A stretch of 64,000 nucleotides of DNA from the human T2T-CHM13v2.0 reference genome, Homo sapiens. Under the pieces are notes generated by a model. The model searched no databases. It saw nothing but the letters and a program-made list of their open reading frames with translations, and was not told where the DNA came from. Where the stretch lies: the NCBI RefSeq assembly GCF_009914755.1, contig NC_060925.1. One strand, given 5' to 3'. Position 1 is the first letter of the stretch. Every line of letters starts with the position of its first letter. Positions 12,627 through 24,478 of the stretch are shown piece by piece. Both the position numbers and the translations under genes were made by a program.

Positions 12627-15400
12627 TGGCTGAAGACTGACGCTGCCCGATCGCCTCAGAAGCCCCGTAGACCATCACGGACGCTGAGCTTCGGGTAACT
12701 CTCACAGTGGAAGGTAAGTCCGTCCCCTTAGTCAATACGGAGGCTACCCACTCCACATTACCTTCTTTTCAAGGGCCTGTTTCCCTTGCCTCCATAACTG
12801 TTGTGGGTATTGACGGCTAGGTTTCTAAACCCCTGAAAACTCCCCCACTCTGGTGCCAACTTGGACAGCACTCTTTTATGCACTCTTTTTTAGTTATCCC
12901 CACCTGCCCAGTTCCCTTATTAGGCCAAGATATTTTAACCAAATTATCTGCTTCCCTGACTATTCCTGGACTACAGCTGCATCTCATTGCCGCCCTTCTC
13001 CCCAACCCAAAGCCTCCTTCGCGTCTTCCTCTCGTATCCCCCCACCTTAACCCACAAGTATGGGACATATCTACTCCTTCCCTGGCAACCGATCACATGC
13101 CCATTACCATCCCATTAAAACCTAATCACCCTTACCCCGCTCAAAGCCAATATCCCATCCCACAGCATGCTTTAAAAGGATTAAAGTCTGTTATCACTCA
13201 CCTGCTACAGCATGGGCTTCTAAAACCTATAAACTTACAATTCCCCCATTTTACCTGTCCAAAAACTGGACAAGTCTTACAGATTAGTTCAGGATCTGCG
13301 CCTTATCAACCAAATTGTTTTGCCCATCCATCCTGTGGTGCCCAACCTGTACACTCTTTTGTCCTCAATACCTTCCTCCACAACTCACTATTCCATTCTC
13401 GATCTTAAAGATGCTTTTTTCATTATTCCCCTGCACCCCTCGTCCCAGCCTCTCTTTGCTTTCACTTAGACTGACCCTGACACCCATTAAGCTCAGCAAA
13501 TTACCTGGGCTGTACTGCCGCAAGGCTTCACAGACAGCCCCCATTACTTCAGTCAAGCCCAAATTTCATCCTCATCTGTTACCTATCTCAGCATAATTCT
13601 CATAAAAACACACGTGCTTTGCCTGCTGATCGTGTCCACTTAATCTCCCAAACCTCAATCCCTTACAAAACAACAACTCCTTTCCTTCCTAGGCATGGTT
13701 AGTGCGGTCAGAATTCTTACACAAGAGCCAGGACCGCATCCTGTAGCCTTTCTGTCCAAACAACTTGACCTTACTGTTTCAGCCTAGCCATCATGTCACC
13801 GTGCAGCGGCTGCTGCCACCCTAATACTTTTAGAGGCCCTCAAAATCACAAACTATGCTCAACTTACTCTCTACCTTTCTCATAACTTCCAAAATCTATT
13901 TTCTTCCTCATACCTGACACATATACTTTCTGCTCCCCGGCTCCTTCAGCTGTACTCACTCTTTGTTAAGTCCCACATTATTCCGGATACCACACCTGAC
14001 CCTCATGACAGCATCTCTCTGATCCACCTGACGTTCACCCCATTTCCCCACATTTCCTTCTTCTCTCTCACCCTGATCACACTTGGTTTATTGATGGCAG
14101 TTACACCAGGCCTAATTGCCACTCACCAGCAAAGGCAGGCTGTGCTATAGTATCTTCCACATCTATCACTGAGGCTACCGCTCTGCCCCCCTCCACTACC
14201 TCTCAGCAAGCCGAACTAGTTGCCTTAACTCAAGCCCTCACTCTTGCAAAAGGACTATGCGTCAATATCTATACTGATTCTAAATATGCCTTTCATATTC
14301 TCCACCACCATGCGGTCATATGGGCTGAAAGAGCTTTTCTCACTACACAAGGGTCCTCCATCATTAATGCCTCTTTAATAAAAACTCTACTCAAGGCCGC
14401 TTTACTTCCAAAGGAAGCGGGGGTCATTCACTGCAAGGGGAATCAAAAGGCATCAGATCCCATTGCTCTAGGCAACGCTTATGCTGATAAGGTGGCTACA
14501 CAAGCAGCTAGCTCTCCAACTTCTATCCCTCACGGCCAGTTTTTCTCCTTCACATCGGTCACTCCCACCTACTCACCTGCTGAAACTTCCACCTATCAAT
14601 CTCTTCCCACATAAGGCAAATGGTTCTTAGACCAAGGAAAATATCTTCTTCCAGCCCCACAGGCCCATTCTATTCTGTCATCATTTCATAACCTCTTCCA
14701 TGTAGGTTACAAGCCGCTAGCCCATCTCTTAGAACCTCTCATTTCCTTTCCATCATGGAAATCTATCCTCAAGGAGATCACTTCTCAGTGTTCCATCTGC
14801 TATTCTACTACCCCTCAGGGATTGTTCAGGCCTCCTCCCTTTCCTACCCATCAAGCTCAGGGATTTCCCCCTGTCCAGGACTGGCAAATTGACTTTATTC
14901 ACATGCCTCGAGTCAGAAAACTAAAATACCTCTTAGTCTGGGTGGATACTTTCACTGGATGGGTAGAGGTCTATCCCACAGGGTCTGAGTAGGCCACCAC
15001 GGTCATTTCTTCCCTTCTGTCAGACATAATTCCTCGGTTTGGCCTTCCTACCTCTATACAGTCTGATAACAGACCAGCCTTTATTAGTCAAATCAGCCAA
15101 GCAGTTTTTCAGGCTCTTAGTATTCAGTGAAAAGTTTGTATCCCTTACAGTCCTCAGTCTTCAGGAAAAGTAGAACAGACTAATGGTCTTTTAAAAACAC
15201 ACCTCACCAAGCTCAGCCACCAACTTAAAAAGGAATAGACAATACTTTTACCACTTTCCCTTCTCAGAAGTCAGACCTGTCCTCCGAATGCTACAGGGTA
15301 CAGCCCATTTGAGCTCCTGTATAGACGCTCCTTTTTATTAGGCCCCAATCTCATTCCAGACACCAGACTAACTTACACTGTGCCCCCAAAAAACTTGTCA
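12627..15400 (+). pseudogene. pol: HERV-H pro-pol remnant (frameshifts, stops, deletions)
   Basis: Protease site degenerate (NTEATHS) with PVPLLGQDIL; [10 protein letters not shown] and WAVLPQGF; RNase H and integrase-like segments (WQIDF, YLLVWVDTFTGWVE). Confidence 0.9.
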
Positions 15401-15961
15401 TCCCTACTATCTTCTGTCTAGTCATACTCCTATTCACCGTTCTCAACTACTCACACATGCCCTGCTCTTGTTTACACTGCCGGTTTACACTGTTTCTCTA
15501 AGCCATCACAGCTGATATCTCCTGGTGCTATCCACAAACTGCCACTCTTAACTCTTGAAGTAAATAAATAATCTTTGCTGACAGGACTATGCTGAATTTC
15601 CTTAGGCACTCTAATTAGATGTCCTAGGTCCTCCCAATTCTTAGACCTTTAATATCTGTTTTTCTCCTTCTCTTATTCCGTTTAGTTTTTCAATTCATAC
15701 AAAACCGTATCCAGGCCAACACCAATAATTCTAAATGACGAATGTTTCTTCTAACAGTCCTACAATATCACCCCTTACCACAAAACCTTCCTTCAGCTTA
15801 ATCTCTCCCACTCTAGGTTCCCACGCCGCCCCTAATCCCGCTCGAAGCAGCCCTGAGAAACATCGCCCATTATCTCTCCATACCACCCCCAAAATTTTCA
15901 CCATCCCAACACTTTACCACTATTTCGTTTTATTTTTCTTATTAATATAAGAAGACAGGAA

Positions 15962-16371
15962 TGTCAGGCCTCTGAGCCCAAGCTAAGCCATCATATCCCC
16001 CGTGACCTGCACGTACACATCCAGATGGCCAGTTCCTGCCTTAATTGATGATATTCCACCACAAAAGAAGTGAAAATGGCCTGTTTCTGCCTTAACTGAT
16101 GACATTGTCTTGTGAAATTCCTTCTCCTGGCTCATTCTGACTCAAAAGCTCCCCTACTGAGCACCTTGTGACCCCCACTCTGCCCACCAGAGAACAACCC
16201 CCCTTTGACTGTAATTTTCCTTTACCTACTCAAATCCTATAAAATGGCCCCACCCCTATCTGCCTTCGCTGACTCTCTTTTCAGACTCATCCCGCCTGCA
16301 CCCAGGTGATTAAAAGCTTTATTGCTCACACAAACCTGTTTGGTGGTCTCTTCACATGGAGGCGCATGAAA
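15962..16371 (+). mobile_element. HERV-H 3' LTR (LTR7)
   Basis: Preceded by PPT aagaagacaggaa (15949-15961); ATTAAA at 16309-16314; about 30 differences from the 5' LTR by eye. Confidence 0.97.
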
Positions 16372-17465
16372 GTGAGGGTAGACAGTGAAGAAAACTCTTG
16401 CAAAGACTGAGCCCTGGGGACATCCCATGTCTGAAAGGTTGAGGAAAAAAGCAACTAGCAAGTGAGGCTGAAAGAGGGCCACATATGTAATAGAAAGAAC
16501 AAGAAGGAAGTGGTGCCCAGGCAGAGAAGTGTAAAAAAGGTTTGAAAAAGGAAATGATAATTATGACAAATGCTCCTTATAGGTGAAGAAAGATGAGAGC
16601 CTGACTGCAGTCAGTAACTGTAAAAGAGAAATGGAGGACAGGAACTGGAGAGATGGAGAAACCAGACAAGACTTTTGAGAATTTGCTATAAAGAGGAGAG
16701 AAGACACAGTGGGGTCATTGGAGGGGGAAGTGAGGTTCTTTGAAGCTTTTTTTTTAAAAGATATTTATTGCTAAAAGGAATGATGAGTATAGAAGGAAAA
16801 CACATGATGTAGGGAAGATAAAAGAGAACGGAATCTAGTGCAGAAGTGGATGAGTTTGGCCTCCCCAGGAGGAGGGCAGACCATCTCCAGTAGTACAAGG
16901 AGACAGATGGTGAGAGGTGGCAGATGAGGTGTTGGAGTGTGCAAGAGTTCTCTTCTCAGTGCTTACATTGTCTCTCTGAAATACGAAACAGGTTACCAAC
17001 TGAGAGTGAACACAGCAGATCCAGTGTTGCAGGTTTGAGAAGAGAGAAGGTATGACATAATTCTCTGGGAGATATGACAGTAATGTGCTGGGGAAGTGAA
17101 GAGTGAATGTCAGCAGCATTATGGACATACATGAGGTTCCTGGCCTTGAATCTGAAGTCAGAGAAGCCAGTGTGGTTGTGTGGTTGTTCTCCAGCTACTT
17201 TCAGCAACAGCAACACAGGTGTGGAGTTGACAGACAGGTACATTGAACCAGAGCTGTGATTTAGACAAGCCAGTTTTATAACTTAAAAGAATGACATGGA
17301 GTTGAGGATGAATGTGAGGACATGATAATAATGCTTGATCATTGAATTTAAGCTAGGTAGGAGGGAATTGAGGACATGTGAGAGTGTGGTCACATTGGAA
17401 AGGTGAGATTGATAGATTGTAGGCCTGGTGCTGTGAAAGGATGTAAAATCAGGTTTACAGAGGGA

Positions 17466-17950
17466 TGTGATAGACTGATTGCAAAAAAAAAAAAAAAAAA
17501 ATGGCCCCATTATCAATTCCTCCTTAGACCCACACCTTTCCTCCCATCAAGAGGTGAAGTCCATGTTTAATTCTCTTGTATCTAGGCTGGCCTTGTGACT
17601 TTCCTTCACTGATAGAATAGAGCATAAGGCCTTAAGCACTTCTGCGTATTCCCTTGGGCATTTGGCTCTGCTGTGAGAACTGACAACCAAGCCTAGGAGT
17701 AAGGAGATCACATGAAGCAGAACCAAATCATCCTAACTGAAGCCAGCCATGCTAGCCCACAGCATACATACCAGCTGACCACATACGAACAAGACAATGG
17801 GAGATTAGCTAAGCCTAGACCCGCTCAGCAGCCCAGCTCAGGAGAACTGTCCAACCAACTCATAGACTCATGATAAATAATAAAGGACTGTTACCTCAAG
17901 CTGCTAAATTTTGGAGTTATATGATTATAAAACAATAGCTAACTGATAAA
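17466..17950 (+). mobile_element. MLT1H-like MaLR solo LTR
   Basis: tgtgatagactgattgc...atggcccc...ctggccttgtgact...aacaatagctaactgata; TSD-like aggga/aagga. Confidence 0.8.
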
Positions 17951-18682
17951 AAGGAGGAGCTAGAAAGAAAAACTGTAGTAATTAGAAAGTTACAACACTT
18001 TCTAAAATTGAGATGATGAAAGCATTTCAGTCTTTGGTAGAAACAAGGTCTAGGGTATAACTATGGGATGAGTGGTTGAGGTAAAGTAGAACATGAGATC
18101 AGGGGAGGAGAAGAGCTCAAGAAACTGATCTTCTATGTGTACTGAAATCACCAAAAATCAAGGGAAGAGTAGTGTTAGAGAGTGTTATAGCAAATCTGGA
18201 GCTAAAATCTTCAAGAAATGAGACGGCCTGACCAGACTCTAGCGACTGATACAAAGGGTAGGAGTGGATGGCAGTCTGGTGATATGAGATCCAAAGCAGG
18301 AGTATTTTTTTCTGGAAAATGGAGGGAGAAGTTTCTAGAAGTAACAATGAGCAACAAGGAAAACTCTTAACTCGTCTCCTGGCCTAGTGGCATATGGTCT
18401 ATGGAACTAAAAACAGCTACCACTTGAGAAGGCTGCAGGGGAAGCTGTGTCCTTAAAGAAATGTAAGAAAATGAAGAAAACAATCAGAAAAGAGAGACAA
18501 TAGAGGAGATTTTGCTGATGATGGAATGTTCAATTCAAAGGGCACAATGAATGGGTTTTAGGGGTTGGATATGGGTGGGAGATGCTAGCATAATAGAGAA
18601 CGTAGAAAGCTTCATGAAGACTGAAGTTTGGGAGGTGAGGAGTGCCTAAAGTTTGTGTGGTAACTGACATACACCAGGTAAA

Positions 18683-18806
18683 TAGAGAGTCCATACATCC
18701 CATTTTCCCTCGGTAGTCTTGGTTTACATCGATTATCACAGTCATGGCCAATTTAGCACTGACCTGGACAAGTGCTCTGATTACGACAATTTATGTGGGT
18801 ATTTCA
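18683..18806. mobile_element. MER94-like hAT-Blackjack MITE
   Basis: Resembles TAGGGTGACCATACGTCCCGGTTT...GTCCCGGTTTAC...GACGATAAATTATATGG consensus; about 125 bp. Confidence 0.55.
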
Positions 18807-19159
18807 CAGATAAAGGGCATGACATCAGTCCTGGTAGGCATGACTGCGGTGATGGTGATGGTGATGGTGAAAGAGTTAGGCTTGTGGGTAGGGAAGAGTG
18901 AATTTTCAGCTCTACTAGATGGAGCTATGGAGGACAGAGGGGGTCTTACTCCAAGCATGAGGGGGTTCATACTTAACAAAAGCTAGGAGAGGGATCAAAG
19001 GTTAAAAATGAACTGGGATAAGTTTATGCATATAACAGTATGTATTTATATTTTGCATGAGATTGGAGTTCCTTAATTGAAATGAACTAAGAATGAATAA
19101 CTTAAGCTTAATTTTGGAAAAACCTTGACATATGCTGAGTCAAATGTAGAACACAAACT

Positions 19160-19975
19160 CTTCTCTCCCACAGTCAGTAAATGGTACCACCATTCATCCA
19201 GTTATATAATCCTGAAGCTTCAGAGTCACTCTCAGTTCTTCACATTATCTTCCTTCCCTCACCTAGTTCATCAGCAAATTTTATAGGCCCTATCTTCAAA
19301 ATATATCCTGAATCTGGTCACTGTCCACTACCTCTACCACCTCTACCACCACCATCCTAGCCTAAGCCACTGTTATCTCTTGCCTGGGGTTTGGCAAATG
19401 TGTCCTAACAAGACCTCTTATTTTCAGATTATGTTATTCCCTTGTTGAAAATCCCCCTAAAGCTTCTTGTCACTCTTAGAACAGAAATCAAAAGTCATTA
19501 TTATACGCAAGTTAGAGGTCAACAAGCTGTAACCTTCAGGCCAAATCCAGCCCACAGCTTGTTCACATTTAAAATGCAAGCTAACATTTTAAATGATTTT
19601 TTTAAAGTAAAAAAATAATAATTTTATTGACTCTTGAAAATAATAAGCTATTCTCATTTCACTGCCCATGAAAAAAGTTTTATTGGAACAGCCATGCTCA
19701 TTCATTTATGTATTCTCTTTCACACTGCAGCGGCAGAGTGAGCAGCTTCAGCTGAGCCCATATGGAAGGAAAGCCTAAAGTATTTATCAATACTGCCTGG
19801 TGTTTTATAGAAAAGTTTGCCACCCACTGCCCTACGAGATGCCTGTATTATCTGGATCCTGTAACCTCATCTTCTACCACTTTCCCTTGTTTCTTAAACA
19901 TATTTTGCCTTAAGCCCTTTGTATTTGATGTTTCTTTTATGCAGGTGGTGTTTCCCCTGATGGTTGCATGGCTTC
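19160..19975 (+). mobile_element. L2 fragment, interrupted by MER58B
   Basis: gtaaatggtaccaccattcatccag...cttcaaaatatatcctgaatc...cctaagccactgttatctcttgcctgg. Confidence 0.75.
19513..19829. mobile_element. MER58B-like hAT-Charlie DNA transposon
   Basis: ggccaaatccagccc...aaagttttattggaacagccatgctcattcatttatg...tatagaaaagtttgccaccc. Confidence 0.8.
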
Positions 19976-21885
19976 TACGTTCTATCATAGTTAAATCTAT
20001 TACTGTGCTTAGCCTCACCTTGCAAGGAGAAGCCATGGAAAACAAAGTCTGGGGAAACCCATTCTTCATTCAAAACATAGCCTTCAGAGAAAATCAGTTT
20101 TCTGTTATGGTTGTTAATAAACAACCCAATCAAATTAAGTAGAAACTTATAGGGAAAAAATGTGATGCTCCCTATGTTAAATACTTTTTAAAATCCAAGC
20201 TCAGTTTATACAAATTTATGATACAATGTACTACTATCAAAGACACCTAGTGTTTAATGGTGAAGGTCAAGTCCTTAGCCATTGTTTTTCTTAGAATTAT
20301 TTAGAAATTTAAATTTTAAGTTGGATCCTATAACTTAATCCTAGAGATCCTCAGTGTCTGATGTAAGACATGAACAGACTGACCTAAAATGATCTTTAGG
20401 TTTTGCTTCTGACAAAAATTGTGTAAATGTGGGATGTATTGTTTTTAGAGGAAAGAGGTTAGAAAGAAAGTTTGTTTTAACATAATAAAAACTTTTTTAA
20501 TATAAAGAAGAATATATACAATAGTAATTAATGAACAATAAAAGAATCTCTATCCCAATGATTATTATATATCTTTTCAGCTGGGTCCCAACTGCACTTA
20601 AACCTACCCATCAAAAGATTCTTGTTTTCCTTATTTGAGGTTTAGTTGACATACAATAAGCTATTTGTACATTTTAATATGTACAGTTTGATAAGTTTTG
20701 ACCTAGGTATACATCTGTGAAACCATCACCACAATCAAGATAATGAACATATCAATTATCCCTAAAAGGTTCCTCATGCCCCTGGGTATTTTCTCCATCC
20801 TGTCACTCCCGGTATTCCCTTTACCTGTTCCCAGGCAACCACTGATTTGCTTTCTCTAACTATAGATTAATTTGCATTTTAAAGAATTTTATAACAATGA
20901 AATAATATTATATTCTGGCTTCTAAATTATTTGCACAGCATAATTATTTTGAATTGCACTCATGTGTTTATCAGTAGTTCATTCCATTATTATTCAACTG
21001 ACTTTTATAGATTATATGGATACATCACAATTTATCCATTATCTGTTGACATTTGGCTTGTTTCCAATAGTTGGCTATAACAAAGCAAGTTTTTCTGAAT
21101 ATTCATATACAGGTTTTTGTATAAATACATTCTTTTATTTCTTAAAAAAATGTAAATTGATTCATAATATTAGTACATGTTTATGGGGTACATGTGATGT
21201 TTTGTTAGATGCATAAAATGAGTAATTATTGAGTCAGGATATTTGGGGTATCCATTACCTTGAGTATTTATCATTTCTATGTGTTGGGAACATTTCAAGT
21301 CCTCTCTTCTAGCTATTTCAAAATATACAATACATTGTTAACTATAGTCACCCTACTCTGCTATCAAACATTAGAACTTATTCCATCTGACTGTGTGCTC
21401 GTACCCATTAACCAACCTCTTTTATCCCCACTCCCACACACACTCTTGCGAGCCTCTGGTATTTATCATTCTAATCTCTATCTCTATTAGATCAACTTAT
21501 TTATCTCCTACATATGAGTGAGAACATGTAATATTTGTCTTTCTGTTCCTGGCTTATTTCACTTAATGTAATGATCTCCAGTTCCACCCATGTTGCTGCA
21601 AATTACATAATTTCATTCTTTTTTATGGCCAAGTAATGTTCCATTGTGTGTGTGTGTGTGTGCATGGAATACACACACAATGGAATGAAATATTGTGTGT
21701 GTATATACACACACACACTATATATATATATATATATCTATATAGTAGATAAATGGATGAACAAATTTATCCATGGATGGACGAACGGATGAATGGATTT
21801 AAAAATGTGATATCATTTAAATTAAATCACCTTAAATTAAATGATTTTAAAAAATTAAATCATTTTTTTAAACGTGAGATATATT

Positions 21886-22380
21886 ATGCCCTTTATCTGT
21901 AAAATATTCATGTAAATTGTCCTAATCAGAGCACTTGTCCAGGTCTATGTTGAATTGGCCAGGACTCTGCGACAATCGACATAAACCAGGACTACTGAGG
22001 GGAAATGGGGATGTATGGACTCCCTATTTACTTGGTTTATATCAGTAACCACAAAACTTTTGGCACCCCTCACCTCCAAAACTATGGTCCTCATGAAGCT
22101 CTATCTGTTCTCTATTATGCTACCATCTCCCACCCACTTCTACCCACTAAAACCCATCCATTGTGTTCTCTGTATTGAACATCCCATCGTCAACAAAATC
22201 TCCTCTATTGTCTACCTCTTTTCTGATTGTTTTCATCCTTTTCTTGCACTCTTTTGAGGACACAGCCTTCCCTGCAGCTATCTCAAGTGGTGGCTGTTTT
22301 TAGTTCCATAGTCCATATGTCACTGAGCCAGGAGATGAGTTAAGATTTCCCCTTGTTCTTGATTGTTACTTCTGGAGCTT
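21886..22380 (+). repeat. Inverted duplicate of 18329-18820 (L2 + MER94 composite)
   Basis: Reverse complement aligns over about 495 bp at roughly 80-85% identity by eye; ORFs 18530..18751(-) and 22015..22257(+) share MDSLFTW.x.SVTT. Confidence 0.95.
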
Positions 22381-24007
22381 TTGACTTTAAGAAATCTTGG
22401 AGACTTTTTGTGTGTCCTAACACATGGTCTATCCTGAAGAACATTTCATGTCCTGATGAAAATAATGTGTGTTCTATAGCTGTTGGGTGAAATGTTCTAT
22501 AAATGTCTGTTAGGCTCATTTGGTCTAATGCACAGTTTACGTCCAGTGTTTCTTTGTTAACTTTCTTTCTACATGATCTGTCTAATACTGAGAGTGGGAT
22601 GTTGAAGTTCCCAACTATTATTGTATTTAAGTCTACCTCTCTTTTTAGACCTAATAATATTTATGTATCTGGGTGCTCTAGTGTTGGGAGTGTATTTGTT
22701 TAGAATTGTTATATTTCCTTGCTGAATTGATCCCTTTATCATTATATAATGAGCATTTTTATCTCTTTCTACTGTTTTGACCCGAAGTCTGTTTTATATA
22801 ATATGAGTATGGCTACTTCTGCTCACTTTTGGTTTCCAATTGCATGAAATATTATTTTCCATCTCTTTACTTTTGGCCTTTATGTGCCTTTCAGGTGAGA
22901 TGAGTTTCTCGTGGGCAGCATGTAGTTGGGTCATTTTAAAAATTTATTCTTCCAATCCATATCTTCTAAGTGGAAAGTTTATCCATTTGTATTCAAGGTT
23001 ATAATTGATATGTGAGGGCTTATTTCTGTCATCTCTGGTTGTTTTGTATATCCTTTGTTCATTTCTTTCTCTCTTACTGTTTATCAATGTGATTTGTTGG
23101 TTTTCTGTAGTAGCAACATTTGGGTCCCTTCCCTTTCTTATTTGTATGTTTGTTCTACCAGTGAGTTTTATACTTTCATGTTTTTTTAATGGTAGATATC
23201 GTGGTTTCACTTCCAGATTGAGGACTCCCTTGAGCATTTCTTGTAGGACCTGTGTAGTGGTGATAAATTCCCTCATTTTTGCTTGTCTTAGAAAGACTAT
23301 ATGTCTCTTTCCTTTGTAAAGGATAACTTTGCAGGGTACAATATTCTTGGTACTTTAAATATATCATCCCATTCTCTCTTGGCCTATAAAGTTTCTACTG
23401 AGAAATCCATTGTAAGTGTGATGTAGGTTCCCTTATAAGTAAAAGCCACTTATAAGGGAAACTGCTAGAGGAAACTGTGGTGAGGTTTTTCTGGGTACTA
23501 GGGTGCCAAGTGAGCCAGTCCTTTGTTCCCTAGATGCTATCCCCTTGTTGGTTTTAGAATTCTCTCTTCATCTTTGATTTTTGACAGTTTGACTGTAAAG
23601 TGCTGTGGAGAAGACATTTTTGAATTATATCTGTTTCAAGATCTCTGAGCTTTCTGTATCTGGATGCTTAAATCTCTTGCTAGACTTGGGGAAGTTTTCA
23701 GCTAGTATTTTGTTAAATAGGTTCTCCAACACTTTTGTTTTCTTTTTGCATTCTGAGACACTGAAAGTTCAAATATTTAGTCACTTTATTGCGTCTCATT
23801 TCAAAAGACCTGTTATCAAGTTTTAAAATTCTTTATTCTGCTTGATCTAGTATATTATGAAACCTTTCAAATGTATTTTACATTTTATTCAATGGATTCT
23901 TCATTAAAATTTTTTTAATTTTTAATTTTTGTGGATATATATAATAGGTGTATATATTTATGGTATACATAAGATATTTGGTACAGGCATGCAATGTGTA
24001 ATAATAA

Positions 24008-24478
<471 letters not shown>

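Larger units (their letters stand above)
10030..16371 (+). mobile_element. HERV-H provirus, two LTR7s, internally deleted env-less form, 6342 bp
   Basis: Perfect TSD GTGAG (10025-10029 / 16372-16376); His PBS; gag, pro and pol remnants; polypurine tract before the 3' LTR. Confidence 0.98.
8465..18682 (-). mobile_element. Long L2 LINE in pieces (about 8465-8833, 9335-10024, 16377-17460, 17956-18682), interrupted by MLT1C, HERV-H and MLT1H
   Basis: L2 3' end near 8470; ORF 9516..9833 QAKNCEVILD resembles the L2 ORF2 C-terminus; ORF 18117..18347 LIFGDFSTH resembles the APE endonuclease GDFN motif; sequence continues across each TSD. Confidence 0.8.

Noticed and set aside
15400-15960. HERV-H env
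   Set aside because: Only a short remnant and 3' untranslated sequence; no SU/TM reading frame.
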